In this document: positions 63,596-64,000 of the stretch, in pieces
Position numbering within the stretch: position 1 is the stretch's first letter
How the letters are laid out: each line of letters begins with the position of its first letter
Origin: a virus
Taxonomy: Duplodnaviria > Caudoviricetes
Virus record (IMG/VR): IMGVR_UViG_3300020172_000524
Location: 12,652-76,651 of that record
DNA length: 64,000 bases
Direction: 5' to 3' (one strand)
Made by a program: the position numbers and the translations under genes
The notes under the pieces: model-generated
Databases searched by the model: none
Told to the model about the DNA's origin: nothing
Seen by the model: only the letters and a program-made list of their open reading frames with translations

Positions 63596-63906
63596 AGTTC
63601 GTATGTACTATTTGTAGTTTTAAACTTAATATAATCGTCTTCTTCTTTTAAGATTTCTGTGATAGAAGTTGTTAACCAAGTAAAGCTTATTCTATGTGGA
63701 TTTAATATACAAGATAAGCCAATAGCAGGTTTATCATGTAATTTTCCAAAAGTACCATCTGGTTTCCATTCAATCCATCCAACTTTATCACCAAAGCTAA
63801 GTAAATTATCTCTTTCTCTAAGAAGTTTATACTTGTAGCCAATAACTTCTAAGACATTATCTTCTGTTAATGTCATAGGTATTTTGTCTTGTTTAATCTT
63901 ACTCAT
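63553..63906 (-). CDS. Hypothetical protein (start revised from 63912)
   Basis: FTWLTTSITEI..FKTTNSTYEL. Confidence 0.6.
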   Translation of the reverse strand: MSKIKQDKIPMTLTEDNVLEVIGYKYKLLRERDNLLSFGDKVGWIEWKPDGTFGKLHDKPAIGLSCILNPHRISFTWLTTSITEILKEEDDYIKFKTTNSTYELWHAQQENKKENKQ

Positions 63907-64000
63907 TGTCACCTAAATTATAAGTTCGCCTAAGCCATTTTTCAAAATCTACTTCAAATGATGTACTGGCAATTCCATATTTCTCATCGATATCTTTTTG
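63899..64000 (-). CDS. C-terminal fragment of a hypothetical protein
   Basis: Open frame QKDIDEKYGIASTSFEVDFEKWLRRTYNLGDNE* from the window edge. Confidence 0.45.
   Translation of the reverse strand, partial: QKDIDEKYGIASTSFEVDFEKWLRRTYNLGDNE

Noticed and set aside
43949-63634. Short + strand and alternate-frame ORFs inside the minus arm (e.g. 49586-49861, 52701-53173, 60360-60617)
   Set aside because: Antisense shadows of motif-bearing genes
1-64000. Stop-codon reassignment as in some gut crAss-like phages
   Set aside because: ORFs up to 2735 aa are intact under code 11; TAG (39797) and TGA (33732) act as stops at normal gene boundaries
1-64000. tRNA genes, CRISPR arrays, IS elements
   Set aside because: Intergenic gaps are short and accounted for by terminators and promoters; no cloverleaf, repeat-spacer periodicity or transposase recognised by eye

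Overview
A 64-kb, AT-rich, densely coding segment of a crAss-like (Crassvirales-type) podophage. Promoter motifs and SD-less A-rich start regions point to a Bacteroidota host. The + strand (1-42.8 kb) carries the virion module in crAss gene order: capsid/fibre/ring proteins, IHF-like protein, tail-tubular and muzzle proteins, a ferritin-like protein, small basic proteins, six cargo/ejection proteins including a 2735-aa two-barrel virion RNA polymerase (DFDID), a holin/spanin-like cassette and a metallophosphoesterase. The - strand (42.9-64 kb) carries replication, recombination and nucleotide genes: GroES, dCMP deaminase, PD-(D/E)xK nucleases, DUF5664, PolA, NinG, DUF932, UDG, DnaA-C HTH, primase, SSB, AAA ATPase, DnaB-like helicase, M28-like peptidase, GNAT and ThyA. 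The two arms converge on a bidirectional terminator. Most striking observation: four consecutive cargo proteins (~6,900 aa in total) contain only six cysteines, all within six residues of a terminus. They are arranged so that each C-terminal Cys faces an N-terminal Cys in the next gene product, which suggests a head-to-tail, disulfide-linked ejection chain. Other candidates are a shared RLKxAY/xxGG cargo tag, a Cys-free polymorphic-toxin-like cargo protein, repeat-flanked swappable modules in the vRNAP and probable leaderless transcripts. All product calls come from motif recognition and synteny by eye; no searches were run.
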